NCBI GenBank assembly: GCA_964252035.1
Contig: OZ176201.1
Length of the DNA stretch: 64,000 nucleotides
Reading direction: 5' to 3' (one strand)
Origin: Podarcis erhardii
Taxonomy: Eukaryota
This document shows positions 52,049-64,000 of the stretch, piece by piece (position 1 is the stretch's first letter; every line of letters begins with the position of its first letter). The notes beneath the pieces are model-generated. The model searched no databases. It saw only the letters and a list, made by a program, of their open reading frames with translations, and was not told the DNA's origin. A program made the position numbers and the translations under genes.

Positions 52049-52284
52049 CACTGGTACCTCAGTTTATGAACTTAATCTGTTCTGGAAGTCCATTCTTAAA
52101 CCCAAACCTTTCTTAAACCAAGGTGCGTTTTCCCTAATGAGGCTCCCGCCGCCGGTGCCCTTCCACCAATCGGATTCCGTTCTTAGACCAAGGTAAAGTT
52201 CTCAAACCGGGACACTATTTCCGGTTTTGCGGAGTTTGTAAACCAAATCGTTCTTAAACCAGACGGTTCTTAAACTGATGTATC

Positions 52285-52288
<4 letters not shown>
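52049..52288. mobile_element. Tc1/mariner-type MITE, second subfamily, abutting (TG)n at 52289-52325
   Basis: TA|CACTGGTACCTCAGTTT ... AAACTGATGTATCACT; internal TTCTTAAACC repeats. Confidence 0.8.
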
Positions 52289-52327
<39 letters not shown>

Positions 52328-53713
52328 CAATCACTTGGAAGTTTATTTTATGCATATAATGCTTTGACTTCAGAATGAACAAGACAGACATGTTTTTAAA
52401 AACATCTCGAAGTTCTACCAGCTAATGTCTTTAAATAATAACCAGTTCCTAATAAATCATTCTCTCTGTGTCATGCCCTAAAATGCCTGTTTCCATTGCA
52501 CTCTGACATTCCCAGGATTCCACCCCATTCTAGAACCAGACCAAGAAACTGAGCCCTGAGTGCAGGTAGAGCAGTGCCAAAAAAAAAACCCAAAACAAAC
52601 TCTTCATATTCATATTTGTTTCTTCATTTAGGTAGGTTCTTTATCTTGGTACTTCGGTGGCATATCTTGCTTTATTTTGTTCCCAATTCCTGGGACCACT
52701 TTTATATTTATTTTTAAAAGGAAAAGCTTCATTTGCATTTCTCATTGATTTAAACAAGGAAGTCACAATGTACCCATAATAGTTACTTTTCTTCCCCAAC
52801 AGAAGTGCATGAAATTTGCAAAAAAATCCTGAAGAGATGAAGCTGGCCGAATGTCAGATAGGCACAGAGCGGTTTGTGCTAGGCACCTTTAAAGCTGTAG
52901 GAGGTTTAAAGGTTTATGCCAACCTGCTACCTTTTTTTGTAGCAACAGTAGTCTCTCCCCCCTGACATGGATCCAGAAAATGGATCCCACCAGTTTCTAC
53001 ACTCTACTCTGTTATCTTTGCATTTTTATTTTTATTTTAAATCGGTTGGTTAAGAGAAACAAAGTGATTGTTACTGTACGTAATGTTTCTTTGTATACAG
53101 ATTGTCATTTCTGGAAATAATACACATTGTAACAGAATTGGTTACTATATGTATTCACACAACCCATATTGTTCTCTGCAGCTTAAAACTTTGCTGATAA
53201 TTATATAACCAGCTAAGTCCCCTATGGGAGTCTGTATGTAGTAGGTAATCAGTCTTTTCTTCTATTAGTCCTTAGGTGCTTATTTATGCAAACACTGTTT
53301 TACAGACAATATCCTATATTTCCTCGTTATTCCTCAATTAGGGATTTTTGCACATGGTTGCTTATCGATGTAATATAATCAAGCTGATAAAATAATCTCC
53401 CGGGCTTAATAGGCAAGATACAGCAACTAAGTGCTCAGCAAGAGAAGTAAATTCGCTAACTGGTACCTAAGGCCTTTAAGTGTGCATAGTTGTAATTCTA
53501 TAATATTGATTATTATAATGCATTTATTAATTATATCCCACCCTCCTGTGAATGATGCCCAAGGCGGCTCACAACAACAATACAATTAAAATAATTAAAA
53601 CAGAAATACATCAAATTTAAAACAAAAAAGACGAATAAATAAGTGGGGGTTAAACATGATAAAAGGGCGGTCAAAGCATTGTTCTGTATAAACAGTAGCT
53701 GTAACCTACAGCC

Positions 53714-53880
53714 TGTGTGGTGGGGTGACTTGAGTGTTGGGCAAGCCCTGGGAGACCATGGTTCAAAGCCCCACTCATCCATGAAGCTCACTTGGTGGCC
53801 AGTCACTCACTCTCAGCCTAACCTACCTCACAGTCCTGTTGTGAGGATGAAATGGGGAGGAGGAGAACTATCTATGCCAA
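53714..53880 (+). mobile_element. MIR/CORE-like tRNA SINE (Squam3-like)
   Basis: GGGAGACCATGGTTCAAAGCCCCACTCATCCATGAAGCTCAC...CTCAGCCTAACCTACCTCACAG..GTTGTGAGGAT core. Confidence 0.7.
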
Positions 53881-53930
53881 TGAATGCGTGAATCTTTATT
53901 TGCATCAGCCATAGCAATGAAACAAAAATA

Positions 53931-54172
53931 CAGTGGTACCTCAGGTTAAGTACTTAATTTGTTCCGGAGGTCCGTACTTAACCTGAAACTGTTCTTAACC
54001 TGAAGCACCACTTTAGCTAATGGAGCCTCCCGCTGCTGCCACGCCGCCGCCGCACAATTTCTGTTCTCATCCTGAAGCAAATTTCTTAACCTGAGGTATT
54101 ATTTCTGGGTTAGCAGAGTCTATAACATGAAGCGTATGTAACCTGGCGCGTCTGTAACCCAAGGTAGCACTG
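53931..54172. mobile_element. Tc1/mariner-type MITE
   Basis: TA flanks; TIR CAGTGGTACCTCAGGTT; sister of 23868-24101. Confidence 0.92.
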
Positions 54173-55736
54173 TACAATATACAACGAACAGAAATAAAAA
54201 GTCAGTTATATAAAGTACATTTTAGGGTTTTGAATCAATAGTCAAATGGTGGGTCTTATTCTGAACTGCCCAGCTAAAAACCTTGCAACCTTTGCTGTCA
54301 CCTGCTCATCTTGATCTGCAAAGAGAAAGGACACTGTGGCAGTGGTTGGGCGACCCGGAATGGACAATAAAAGAGGGGTGATAATCTCATTCCTCAAGTC
54401 TTTATAAAGAGTGCAAGCCATGTGGCCATCTATGCCACTTTGAGCTCTTTGGATGAAAGGTGGGATATAAATGTGTAAAGAGGATGGAGTAAATGGGGCA
54501 GCTGGCTTTTTGGATATCCCATGCCCATTTGGCTTCACCATGCCCATTTTCTGTACCATGTAAAAGTTTTGAACAGGCAGGATGTTGCTGGTAGAGTAAC
54601 ATTAACACATGCTGCTATCCTCCTGCTGGGTTGGACTTGCTGTGTCACATCCACACCACACATTTAAAACTATTTTAAAGCACATGACTTCTCTCCCCCA
54701 AATTCATGAGAACTGTCATTTGTTAAGGGTGCCAGGAATTAAAGCTCTGTGGTGGGTAAACTACAGTTCCCATACAGTTAAATGTATGATGTGGTTTGCA
54801 CCGAGTCCTCTTTGCTTATTTGGCTGCACAGTGCCTCATTTACATCAAACCATAAGCTTTTTACTACTTTAGTTATTTGTTACATTTATATCCTGCATTT
54901 TCCAGAAGGAGCCTCCGTGCAGTGTTTTTAGCTTTAAGACAGTCACATGTAAGAACTGAGAGATAGTGCTTTCTCAAAGCCACCTAAGTCAGTTTAACAT
55001 CTACTGTCAATATAACAATGATATACTTGCGTTAATTTAGGAAATACAAGAGGTTGCTGGGGAAGGGATCTGATCTATCTAGGACCATGTTGGGAAGCAT
55101 TAAAATTTTCAATCAGAAAGTGCCACAGATCCAGCAATGTTACTCGCATGTGGGGGAAATCTGATGATGTAGCCCTTTTTGCTTCCAAACTGAATTAAGT
55201 ATTTGAAATTTGGTTAGAGAATAAATCACTGAATAGTCCACTTTGAATATCTGGTACCGGGATTTGCTGTGCAAAGGTTAAACCAGGTGTCCCATCTCAG
55301 ACAAGGTCTCTGAGTTCAGGACAACAATTTTATCTCTATCTAGCAAAACACTGAATGTTTACTTCTTGCTTCATTGCTTAAAAGCAATCTCTTTTTTTAT
55401 TCCAGTCAGTTTCATATTCAGCTAGCAATGTATCTTATTAAATTGTTTCCTTTAATAATACTTAACTGACTATTCAATAAAATTACATCTCTTTCTATAA
55501 CAGATAAGCATATTTGATCCAGTCTACTGTTGAGATGACTGCTCCTCACCAGAGGATTTTCTTTTGAAAAATTTCTACAATTTGGCACCAGGTGTAAACA
55601 TTTATCATAATTCTATAATGGAGTCCACTGTTTATTTCATCTTTTAAGTTTTATATCATTCCTTGGATCACGCTCCTATATATATATATATATGTATTTT
55701 CACCTCCTTTGTAAGCTGGTATTCCTGAATTTAAAC

Positions 55737-55872
55737 CAGGCATAGGCAAACTCGGCCCTCCAGATGTTTTGGGACTACAATTCCCATCATCCCTGACCAC
55801 TGGTCCTGTTAGCTAGGGATCATGGGAGTTGTGGACCCAAAACATCTGGAGGGCCGAGTTTGCCTACGCCTG
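55737..55872. mobile_element. 136-bp hAT MITE
   Basis: TIR CAGGCATAGGCAAACTCGGCCCTCCAGATGTTTT; exact 8-bp TSD ATTTAAAC. Confidence 0.95.
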
Positions 55873-56572
55873 ATTTAAACCCTATATCCTCATCCTGTGA
55901 TGGTTGGTTTTGCCATCTCCTGCACTTCATGATTAATTTTAGTTTATGCCCAGGGTCTCTTAAGGATCATTACCTTCTGCCATTGTTGAAAGGGCTTGTT
56001 TCATGTCCAAACACCAGGCCCACTGGCAGCAGGACCCCCAACACTACCTCCTTGCTGCTCCTGCTCATCTTCCCCTCCAGCCATGATACCACAGCACTAT
56101 ACCTCTCCTCTCCTTTTTGCATGTGAGGAGGCTCCTTTTCACCTGTCTGTCCACCAATAACAGACCTCTATAAAGGGGAAGTACCGGAGAATAAGAGAAG
56201 AGCTGGGATTTTGGTAATTTATCACTGGAAGGGTAAACGGAAAGATTTGTTGGGGTGGAGGCTTAGTGGTGGCCACAGCAGTTTCAGTCCTTTATCTTAA
56301 AGCACAGTTGTGTTGGGATTTAGAGCTCCTCTTGGCAGCCACTGGCTGACAGCTACATTTTCCTCTTTCACAATGCCACATACATAGCTTTTTTTCCCTA
56401 AGGCATTTTTGGAAGGGGGAAGGGCAGTCACCACAGTTTTTTGTGGTAGGTGCCATTTTCTCCCAAAATGCCTCCAATATTGCTACATCTAGGGCATTCA
56501 TGGGAAAGAAAATGTCAGAAGCCAAACGGAGGATGGCAAGAGGAGTTCTGCTACTCCCACCAGCAGCAGGGC

Positions 56573-56618
<46 letters not shown>
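56573..56618. repeat. (TAT)n microsatellite
   Basis: Direct reading. Confidence 0.97.
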
Positions 56619-56879
56619 GAAAAAGTGAAAGTGACAGAATGTGCATCTTTTTGCAATTGTTACCAAATATGTGTGCCTGTACATACATACTTGCAAACCT
56701 GAATCTTCTTACACGTGTTCATGGACCTGTTGTTATGGGGATCTTGACTAGGCTCAAGTATACATCACAGAGGTTGTTGCAGTTGACCAGATTGCTTAAA
56801 ATTGCCTGTGTTGTCTTGCTTATTGCGGGGAATGAACAAGGACCAGAAAATTTACTGTGATTAAAACAATACTGAAACA

Positions 56880-57260
56880 ACACCTAAGGGTGTCAGGTCT
56901 CAGTCCTTTCTATGAATGCCCCAGCTGTGTGATGTGGAACAGGTTGCAAGAAGTGACAGGGGCTTCTCAGTAGTGGCCTCACACTTGCTTGGCTCCTGTA
57001 TCAATGTCAGTTCAGCATCAGACAAGCACCTTTTTAATTTCCCCAAATTATGGAGTGATTCTAAAATTTGCTTTAACACAGTGGGTTTTACTGTTCTGCT
57101 CTCTCTCACATTAGTTTTGTCCTGCACACATACTTCTTGCTTTTTAGGGATGCATTTTGATCACTTGTGTGTTTTTCTTTAATTTGTTGACTTATATTGT
57201 TGCTGTAATTTTTGCTCTAGGGAACTTGTTCTTAGGAGGACATAAATGAATAAATAAATT
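56880..57260 (+). mobile_element. Old L2 3' end
   Basis: GACAGGGGCTTCTCAGTAGTGGCC; T-rich 3' UTR; ATAAATGAATAAATAAAT tail. Confidence 0.55.
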
Positions 57261-57354
57261 TTGCAGTAAACTATAAATGGCTGAAAGCAGGACATAAAAC
57301 AAGGCGAGTAGTTTCAGTAGTTCAGTCCTAAAACCATTGGTTGCCAAGCTATTG

Positions 57355-57490
57355 CAGGCATAGGCAAACTTGGCCCTCCAGATGTTTTGAGACTACAATT
57401 CCCATCATCCCTGACCACTGATCCTGTTAGCTAGGGATCATGGGGGTTGTAGTCCGAAAACATCTGGAGGGCCGAGTTTGCCTATGCCTG
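57355..57490. mobile_element. 136-bp hAT MITE
   Basis: Same TIRs; 8-bp TSD AGCTA(T/C)TG. Confidence 0.95.
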
Positions 57491-57759
57491 AGCTACTGAC
57501 TGTCAAGCTATTTACAAGGAGGAAAGCAAAGGACTTAATGTAGTTATTCTCATATGGCCCTGGACAGTTCTCTGAATGGAGAAGTATAGAACGTGGAGTC
57601 CCATAAGGGGCCTGTGTTTTTTTAACTTTTAACTTATAAACACTCCAGAGTTAGGGATGAGCAGTGAAGTGGCCAAGTTTGCTCAGGGACATTAAAATAC
57701 ACAGATATTGTGAAGGGCTTGAAAAGGACCTCTTCAGATTCAGTTGGATGAGCAATAAA

Positions 57760-58625
57760 ATGCCAAATTCAGTTGAAACATAAAGTGATGCATGTCATGG
57801 AAAAATAATCTGAATCACACATTTACAATCATGGGGTCTAAACTAGCTGTGACTGACCACGGGTGAAATATTGGGGCCATAGTGGGTAGCTTGATGAAGC
57901 TGTTGACCCTGTGTGCAGCAGCTGTGAAAAAGACAAATTCCATGCTAGAAATCATTAGCAAAGGGGTTGAAAATAAAACTGCTGATATCACAATGTTGTT
58001 ATGCAAATCTACGATGCAGCCACATTTGGAATACTATGTACAGTTTTGGTTGCCTCACCTCAAAAAAAAGGTTATCGTAGAGTTGGAAAGGGTTCAGCAA
58101 AGACAGGCCAAAGCATAAGGGGATGGGGAAACTCCCCTATGAGGAAAGGTTACAGCATTTGGGACTTTTTAGTTAGAGGAAAAAGTGAGAGGAGACATGA
58201 CAGAAGTTCATAGCATAGAGGAATTATAGATAACCTCCCCCCCCCCCATAACACTAGAATTCATGGACATTTAGTGAAGCTGAATGTGGACATATTCAAG
58301 ACAGACAAAAGGAAGCAATTCTTCACACACCACATAGTTGGACTATGGAACTCACTGCCACAGGATGCACTGATGGCCACCAAGTTAGATGGCTTTAAAA
58401 GAGGATTAGACAAATTCATGGAGGATAATGCTGTCTATCTCTGTTATACATGATGGCCATGCTCTGCCTTCACAATCACAGGCAGTTGGCAGTCACTGCG
58501 GTGTTTTTGTGCCCAGGCCCTACTTGCGGGTTTCCCACAAGCATCAGCTTGGCCACTGTTAGAACAGGATGTTGTTGGACTAGATAGGCCACCGGCCTGA
58601 TCCAGCAGGCTCTCCTCAAATTCTT
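57760..58625 (+). mobile_element. 5'-truncated CR1 LINE (RT C-terminus plus 3' UTR)
   Basis: LCAAAVKKTNSMLEIISKGVENKTAD...PHLEYYVQFWLPHLKK; PYEERLQHLGLF; frameshifted. Confidence 0.92.
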
Positions 58626-61124
58626 AGAACAATTTAGCTTTGCTGAAACGTTTGTTACCATCTGAAATAAATTTGTGCATGCTGATGTTCCCTTAATATT
58701 ATTGGCTGCTAATGTGTTAATATACAGGTGCCATAACGCGTTGGGTCTTTACTGCTGTAGTGAAAATGGATTTGACTACTTATCTGGCTGCAGTGCACCT
58801 ACTGCTAAAGGAAGCTACGTCTGCTTATTCTTAGTGACATGTATGCAGGGCCAGGCAATTTAAAGAAAATAACCTCTTATTAGCCAAAGAGGAACTGTCT
58901 TCAAGCTACAATAAAGCTTTTTTCTTTTAAAAGCAAACCAATAGCAGTTTGTCTTTAAAAAGTGAGCTGTAACTCTAGGGTAATCACAGGTTTGAAAGCC
59001 AGAAGAAGAATGCAATTCATACAGAAATCTGAAAGGTAATTATATGGTTGTAGGCACTGGATGGATATAACAAACCAATTCCGCTTCACTAAGTCCTGGA
59101 GGAGGTCATTCTACTCCAACCAAAAAAAAAGAGAGTGGGTGGACCCAGAATGGCTTTTACTGCCCATTCCAGACATGCCCACAGAAACCTAACATGGCTG
59201 AGCATCTCTGTACACCACAAAGCCATTAAGTTAAAAAGTGGTTAAAATATTGGCCCCTTGTGGTATAGAGGAAGGCCATGAGGATGTGATATGGGGACCT
59301 AGTCCCACATCCCGATAGTCTGGTATACAAGAAGAGCGTGCTATTCTTACAGACTCCTTGCTAGGATCCAAAGCCCTAGTGTTAAGACACATCATCCCAG
59401 CCCCGTGGCATCTGATGTTGAAAGGGTACATGGATACAGCAAACATACCACACCTGGGAGCACAGGGGCGAATTAATCTAAATTTTCTAACTGCAAGAAC
59501 TCCCCATCAGATATCCCACACTGAAAATTTAAACCAAATGAACACAAAGCATGCTTTGCTTCTTGCTTACACCCAGTATAAGCAGCAGTTTCTCCATAAG
59601 AGTCAGTCGGGGTTTTTTATCTGCTAACTGTAAATCCTAAGTCAGTGACACTTAGACTGGTGCAACAGCCACTGGATTATCCTGAGAGTTCTCTATCTAT
59701 TCCTGTTGCCTCATCAGACTTGTGCTGGCACAGCTAGTACCTCTCAAACACTGGGCTTCTCCCTTTCTCACCAAGATTGCCTGTTCAGCACAACTCAGCT
59801 GGTGGCTTAAACTGATCCATTTATGGTGGAGAGAAGGTTTGGCAAGGTGCCACACAGCATCATCATTATTCAGTTAGTATTCCAGAATAATATACTTGAA
59901 CAACCACATATTCATCTACTGCAAAAAAATAACTTTCGTAAAAGATCTGGAATGGATCCTCAGCATCTTAATTTGTGTGATATGTGCACCATCCAAGTTT
60001 CTGAGTGGAAGGGTTGGAGGTTGGTGGGTGAGGTTTAGGAGAAGTCCCTTTTATGCCACTTCCCTCTGACTGCCCATGACAGCAGTCATTAGCTGCAGAC
60101 AAAATTTCATCGCAATAACCAGGTTTTCCATAGCTCAGGCAGACACGTAGTTCCTCTTCTAATTTCCTACACACTCACAACATCAAAATTTCAGAATATT
60201 AGGCTTTAAATAGAAGAAAAGCTGCAAAGGGGCTATCCCTGTGCACATGCTAATAACTCTGACAATTACTTGATGGAAGAGCACAAGTGTCTGTAATGGG
60301 TGTGACTACAGCCACAGAAATTTTCTTAATTTGGGCATAAACCATCATTAGTGTGGAAAGGAAATTGTACATCTGTGATGTTAAGTATCCTTAACAAACT
60401 AATGTTCCCAAGATTTTTGGGGGAACGCCTTGATTGTGGGGAAAAAATGTATGTTATGGGTGTGATCTATGATACTTAGCCAAGCAAGAGATAGATTTTT
60501 TATGCTGTGCAACAAATATGCTCCAAAAAGATGGTAATTTGCTCCAAGGCAGCAGTGGGCAACTGTGGCTTTGGCCTAATTTCATGCTGTTGGCAGAGTA
60601 CCTGGAGGGAAAGAAGGGTGGAAGAAGACAAATGAAGAAGAGCCAAAACAGATAGAACATAGGAGGGAGGAAGTGGGAAGCCATCTGCAAGTCATCAGTT
60701 CAGACCTATGGCAAGAGTGATATGTCCCTCCCACAACAGAGAGGAAAGACAGGCAGAACCAGAAAGAAAGGACCCAACATTTAGCTCGGACCCCACCTAC
60801 CACAAGCTTTAGTTCAGCCCTAGCTACTGCAGCTACACACCTCCTGCTGGATTACACCTCTGTAGGATGCAGCTCCGTCCAGAGAAAGAGAGTTCTTCAC
60901 CTATGCATTAAAGAGAAGAAAGCTATATGCAAAGTCAGAGAAGACTAGAAGAGAACGGGAAAGCAAGTCGCAACTAGGATAGAGAATAACTATGGGCAGT
61001 TCCTCACCATGCATTTAAAGCACACTCAATGGACACTTAGAGCACATGACTCTCCCCCCTCCCCACCAAAAATCCCGAGAGCTAGTTTCCCCCTCTACAG
61101 AGCTACAATTCCCAGCATCCGTAG

Positions 61125-61526
61125 TGTAATGGGGGTTACTTGTGCGTAAGTTGCCTTCAGTTTTAGTTATATTGCCTGGCCAACCATGCTTTGGCTGACA
61201 GCTCACACTCCGTGACCGGTCAATCACTTGCAGAATCCGTCAGTGGGCGTTTCTTGAACCTCTTCCAGCATAAGAGCTGTTTGACGCCTAGTCTCCTACT
61301 TTCCCTGCGCGGAACTCGTCTGCGCAAGTACGGGGAAGGCAGGGGCGTGTCAGCGCTCTCTCCACTAGTCTCTGGTGAAGGGTCTTGGAGAGCTGTCTCC
61401 ACTTCCTCCATCTCCCTCTCTTCTCTACTGGTGTTACGCTGAATTCCTTCCCCCCTGCTGGTCCCCTCTCCGGCATCGCTCTGGAGCCCTGCCTCCGCCT
61501 CTCGCTCTGATGTCAGTTCCCTGACA
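61125..61526 (-). mobile_element. 402-bp solo LTR (Gypsy/ERV type)
   Basis: TG...CA termini (TGTAATG...CCTGACA on +); exact 5-bp TSD CGTAG (61120-61124, 61527-61531); retained CpGs; ACTAAAACTGAAG near the 3' end on -. Confidence 0.9.
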
Positions 61527-61639
61527 CGTAGCAAGTTACATTTGTATTCCTCTGTTTTTGAAGACTCCCCTCCATTTATTTTTGGATTTCTGCAAATGTC
61601 GGTATTTCTCCAAACCCTCTGATACCTGCCTCTTGTGCC

Positions 61640-62085
61640 ATTTTGTGTATGAGCAAAGATGCCTAAAGACTGAAGATAGAAGGAAATGTGTAAATCCTCG
61701 AGTTCCATCTGTAGAAGGCCTTTCACATAACCCTGAAATGTCATTTGTAGAGGTCTGGGGGGTGGCAACACAAGAAGAGGCCTCTTCTGCAGTGGAATGC
61801 TCTACCCAGGGAGGCTTGCCTGGCACCATCATTATATTTGTTTAGACTCCAGGCAAAAGCTTTCCTCTGTAGCCAGGCCTTTGGCCTTTTAACTATCTGG
61901 GGCCTTTTAGAAGTGGGTGGGATGTTTTTAATGCATTTTCTCTTTCCTCTTGGTTTTAATATACCTATGTGGTGTGGGGTGTGTGTGGTTTGTGTTTTTT
62001 GTCTGTTTATTTGTTTGTAAGTTGCTTTGGGTTGCCCTGGGCAAGATAAAATAACTAACAAATTTAGTAAATAATAAATGATAAT
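61640..62085 (+). mobile_element. Old L2 3' end
   Basis: GTGGCAACACAAGAAGAGGCCTCTTCTGCAGTGG..CAGGCAAAAGCTTTCCTC..; tail AATTTAGTAAATAATAAATG. Confidence 0.7.
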
Positions 62086-63614
62086 ATATATTGTAAACAT
62101 CTACCATGAAAGTTATTTAGCTGTCATAACAGGGAAGGCAAAGCTAAAGGTATTTGATAGACAGCATAGATGCTACAATTCACCTAAAAACATGAAACAT
62201 TTTATTTATTAAATGTGTTAGTCACTTTTTATCTTAAAGGCGTCTTACGTTTAAAAACATAGACACAAATACATTGTGCTACAGAGAAAAAAATCATATA
62301 AACATTAGCATTTCATGGACCAAAGTGTTATGGGCAAAAGTCCAAAGCTGGATGACAAAGAGGTTCATATTTTTTTAAAAAAATACTGAAAGCATTTATA
62401 AAACAAAAATATCAACAACAGCAACAGTAAACCACTTTCATAATTCAACAGATTTAAACTCTGATAGGTTAATAACCTATTAATGCTTATGTCCTTAGAT
62501 AATCCTCTGCCCCCTCTCTAAACTAACGTTTTCACCTCCCAACATAACCATGAAAGACACTCACCCAGCTTTCTTAAAAATCTTCAGTGATTGAGGTTCC
62601 AAAATTTTCTCTGGCTTTACATTTAGAAGATTAAGCTGCTTGCTAAAGAAGCTTACCTTTGGTGGGAGAAAGTACATCTAAAATTAGTCCACCTCAGGCT
62701 ATTGAGCTCCAGTGAATGTTTTTATAAGTGGAAAAAATCACAAAATCCATGACCAGCCACGGCAGCATTTCCTCCCCCCCTTTTAAAGCCCCAAAGTTTT
62801 AGTGTATGGTAGTTTTGTAGGATCAGAATGGAGAGCATTTATTTATTTATTTGTAGTTCAAGGTTTGGGCAGACATGGGGCAAATTGCAACCTTTCTGGT
62901 TTGGTTCTCAACATCGGCTGATGCCCTGACATATAGGCCAGCATCAGTCCCTCATAGCTGATGGAACACAATGGATTGTGCAGTTGTGATGCTGCAAGCA
63001 TCACATAACTTTGGGCAAAAGAATGTTGGGTCAAAGGACTAGTCACAAGGTTCAAACTTTGTGAAATTTCTTTGAATTATACTATACGGAAGCCCAGTCA
63101 GAGCTCAGATTGGAAAATGGTACCAACACAATGAAACAACAACAGAGCAATAAAGTACTTGTGTGTAGGCAAAATTATATTAGGTCTGAACCAACAGGTT
63201 TTCACCTGAGAACCTTTAGCAAAATGGGACCTAAAATTGCAGTGATGAAAATTTGTAGGGATGATTTACCAATTGTGCAGCAATGTACTTCCTCCTTGGT
63301 TACTTAAACAGGGTGGAGTGATACCGAAATTGTGGCACTGTTGAAGGCAATACCTTTTCCTGGCTATACTCCATGTTTACTTTTCCACAATACCCCTGGA
63401 ATAGCACTGCATCACAGCAAAGGGACAGTTTCAAGGAGCATTATTGGGAACTGGGGATGTGAAAGCATTTTTAAAAACACAAAATCCAGAATATCCCTCA
63501 GAATGTTACATTGTGATGTTCATTCCAGGGACATGATGCCCAACTGACTCCATAAACCCACTACAATACTACCAAAGGTCAATTTAAAAAGCCAAGGTTC
63601 TATTAATTGTCAAG

Positions 63615-63843
63615 AGTTTGAAAGCACATCAAAGTGCAAGTAGATAAATAGGTACCACTCCGGCGGGAAGGTAAATGGCGTTTCCATGTGCTGCTCTGAT
63701 TCACCAGAAGCGGCTTAGTCATGCTGGCCACATGACCCGGAAGCTGTATGCCGGCTACCTCGGCCAATAAAGCGAGATGAGTGCCGCAACCCCAGAGTCG
63801 GTAATGACTGGACCTAATGGTCAGGGGTCCCTTTACCTTTTTT
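63615..63843 (+). mobile_element. 5'-truncated Sauria SINE
   Basis: Colinear with the 3' two-thirds of 39765-40106. Confidence 0.92.
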
Positions 63844-64000
63844 TAACCTGTGCTTGATAACACCTCCAAGCACAATGGTCTTGGGAGGCCAACACCAGGT
63901 ACATACACTTGAAACTGGCTGACTGCTGGGACAGGATGCTTGGAAAATGAGATGCTCAAAACCCATCTATTGGCGACATGGCAAACAAGGTGCCCTGGGA

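Noticed and set aside
1-64000. CRISPR arrays, operons, rRNA, snoRNA/miRNA genes, endogenous viral genes
   Set aside because: No spacer-repeat periodicity and no recognisable structural-RNA or viral coding motifs; the composition and repeats are those of a vertebrate nuclear genome. An Rfam/Infernal scan would be needed to exclude small RNAs formally.

Overview
Vertebrate (eukaryotic) genomic DNA. The repeats point to a squamate, most likely a lacertid lizard (inference): Sauria SINEs, tRNA-Lys/CR1-tail SINE, MIR-like SINE, L2, CR1, Penelope, Tc1/mariner and hAT MITEs, solo LTRs. There is no complete protein-coding gene and no prokaryote-type system. Nearly all ORFs in the supplied track are TE remnants or chance frames. 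The dominant non-repeat feature is a CpG island (~28.8-29.9 kb). It looks like the promoter of a + strand gene I cannot name, with a likely first exon (donor CAG|GTAGGT at 29307) and a possible 55-nt start-codon exon (29765-29819). It is followed by >34 kb of apparent intron whose first ~7 kb lacks young TEs. The best leads are (i) a TSD-flanked solo LTR at 61125-61526 whose U3 is a stop-free acidic/Pro/Arg-rich frame, with a similar architecture in a decayed LTR-like element at 13.8-14.4 kb; (ii) a spliced uORF whose stop overlaps the candidate start codon (TAATG); and (iii) a chain of minus-strand splice sites suggesting a divergent lncRNA. All TE family names come from recalled motifs, not database searches. 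Boundaries of old elements are approximate unless a TSD is given.
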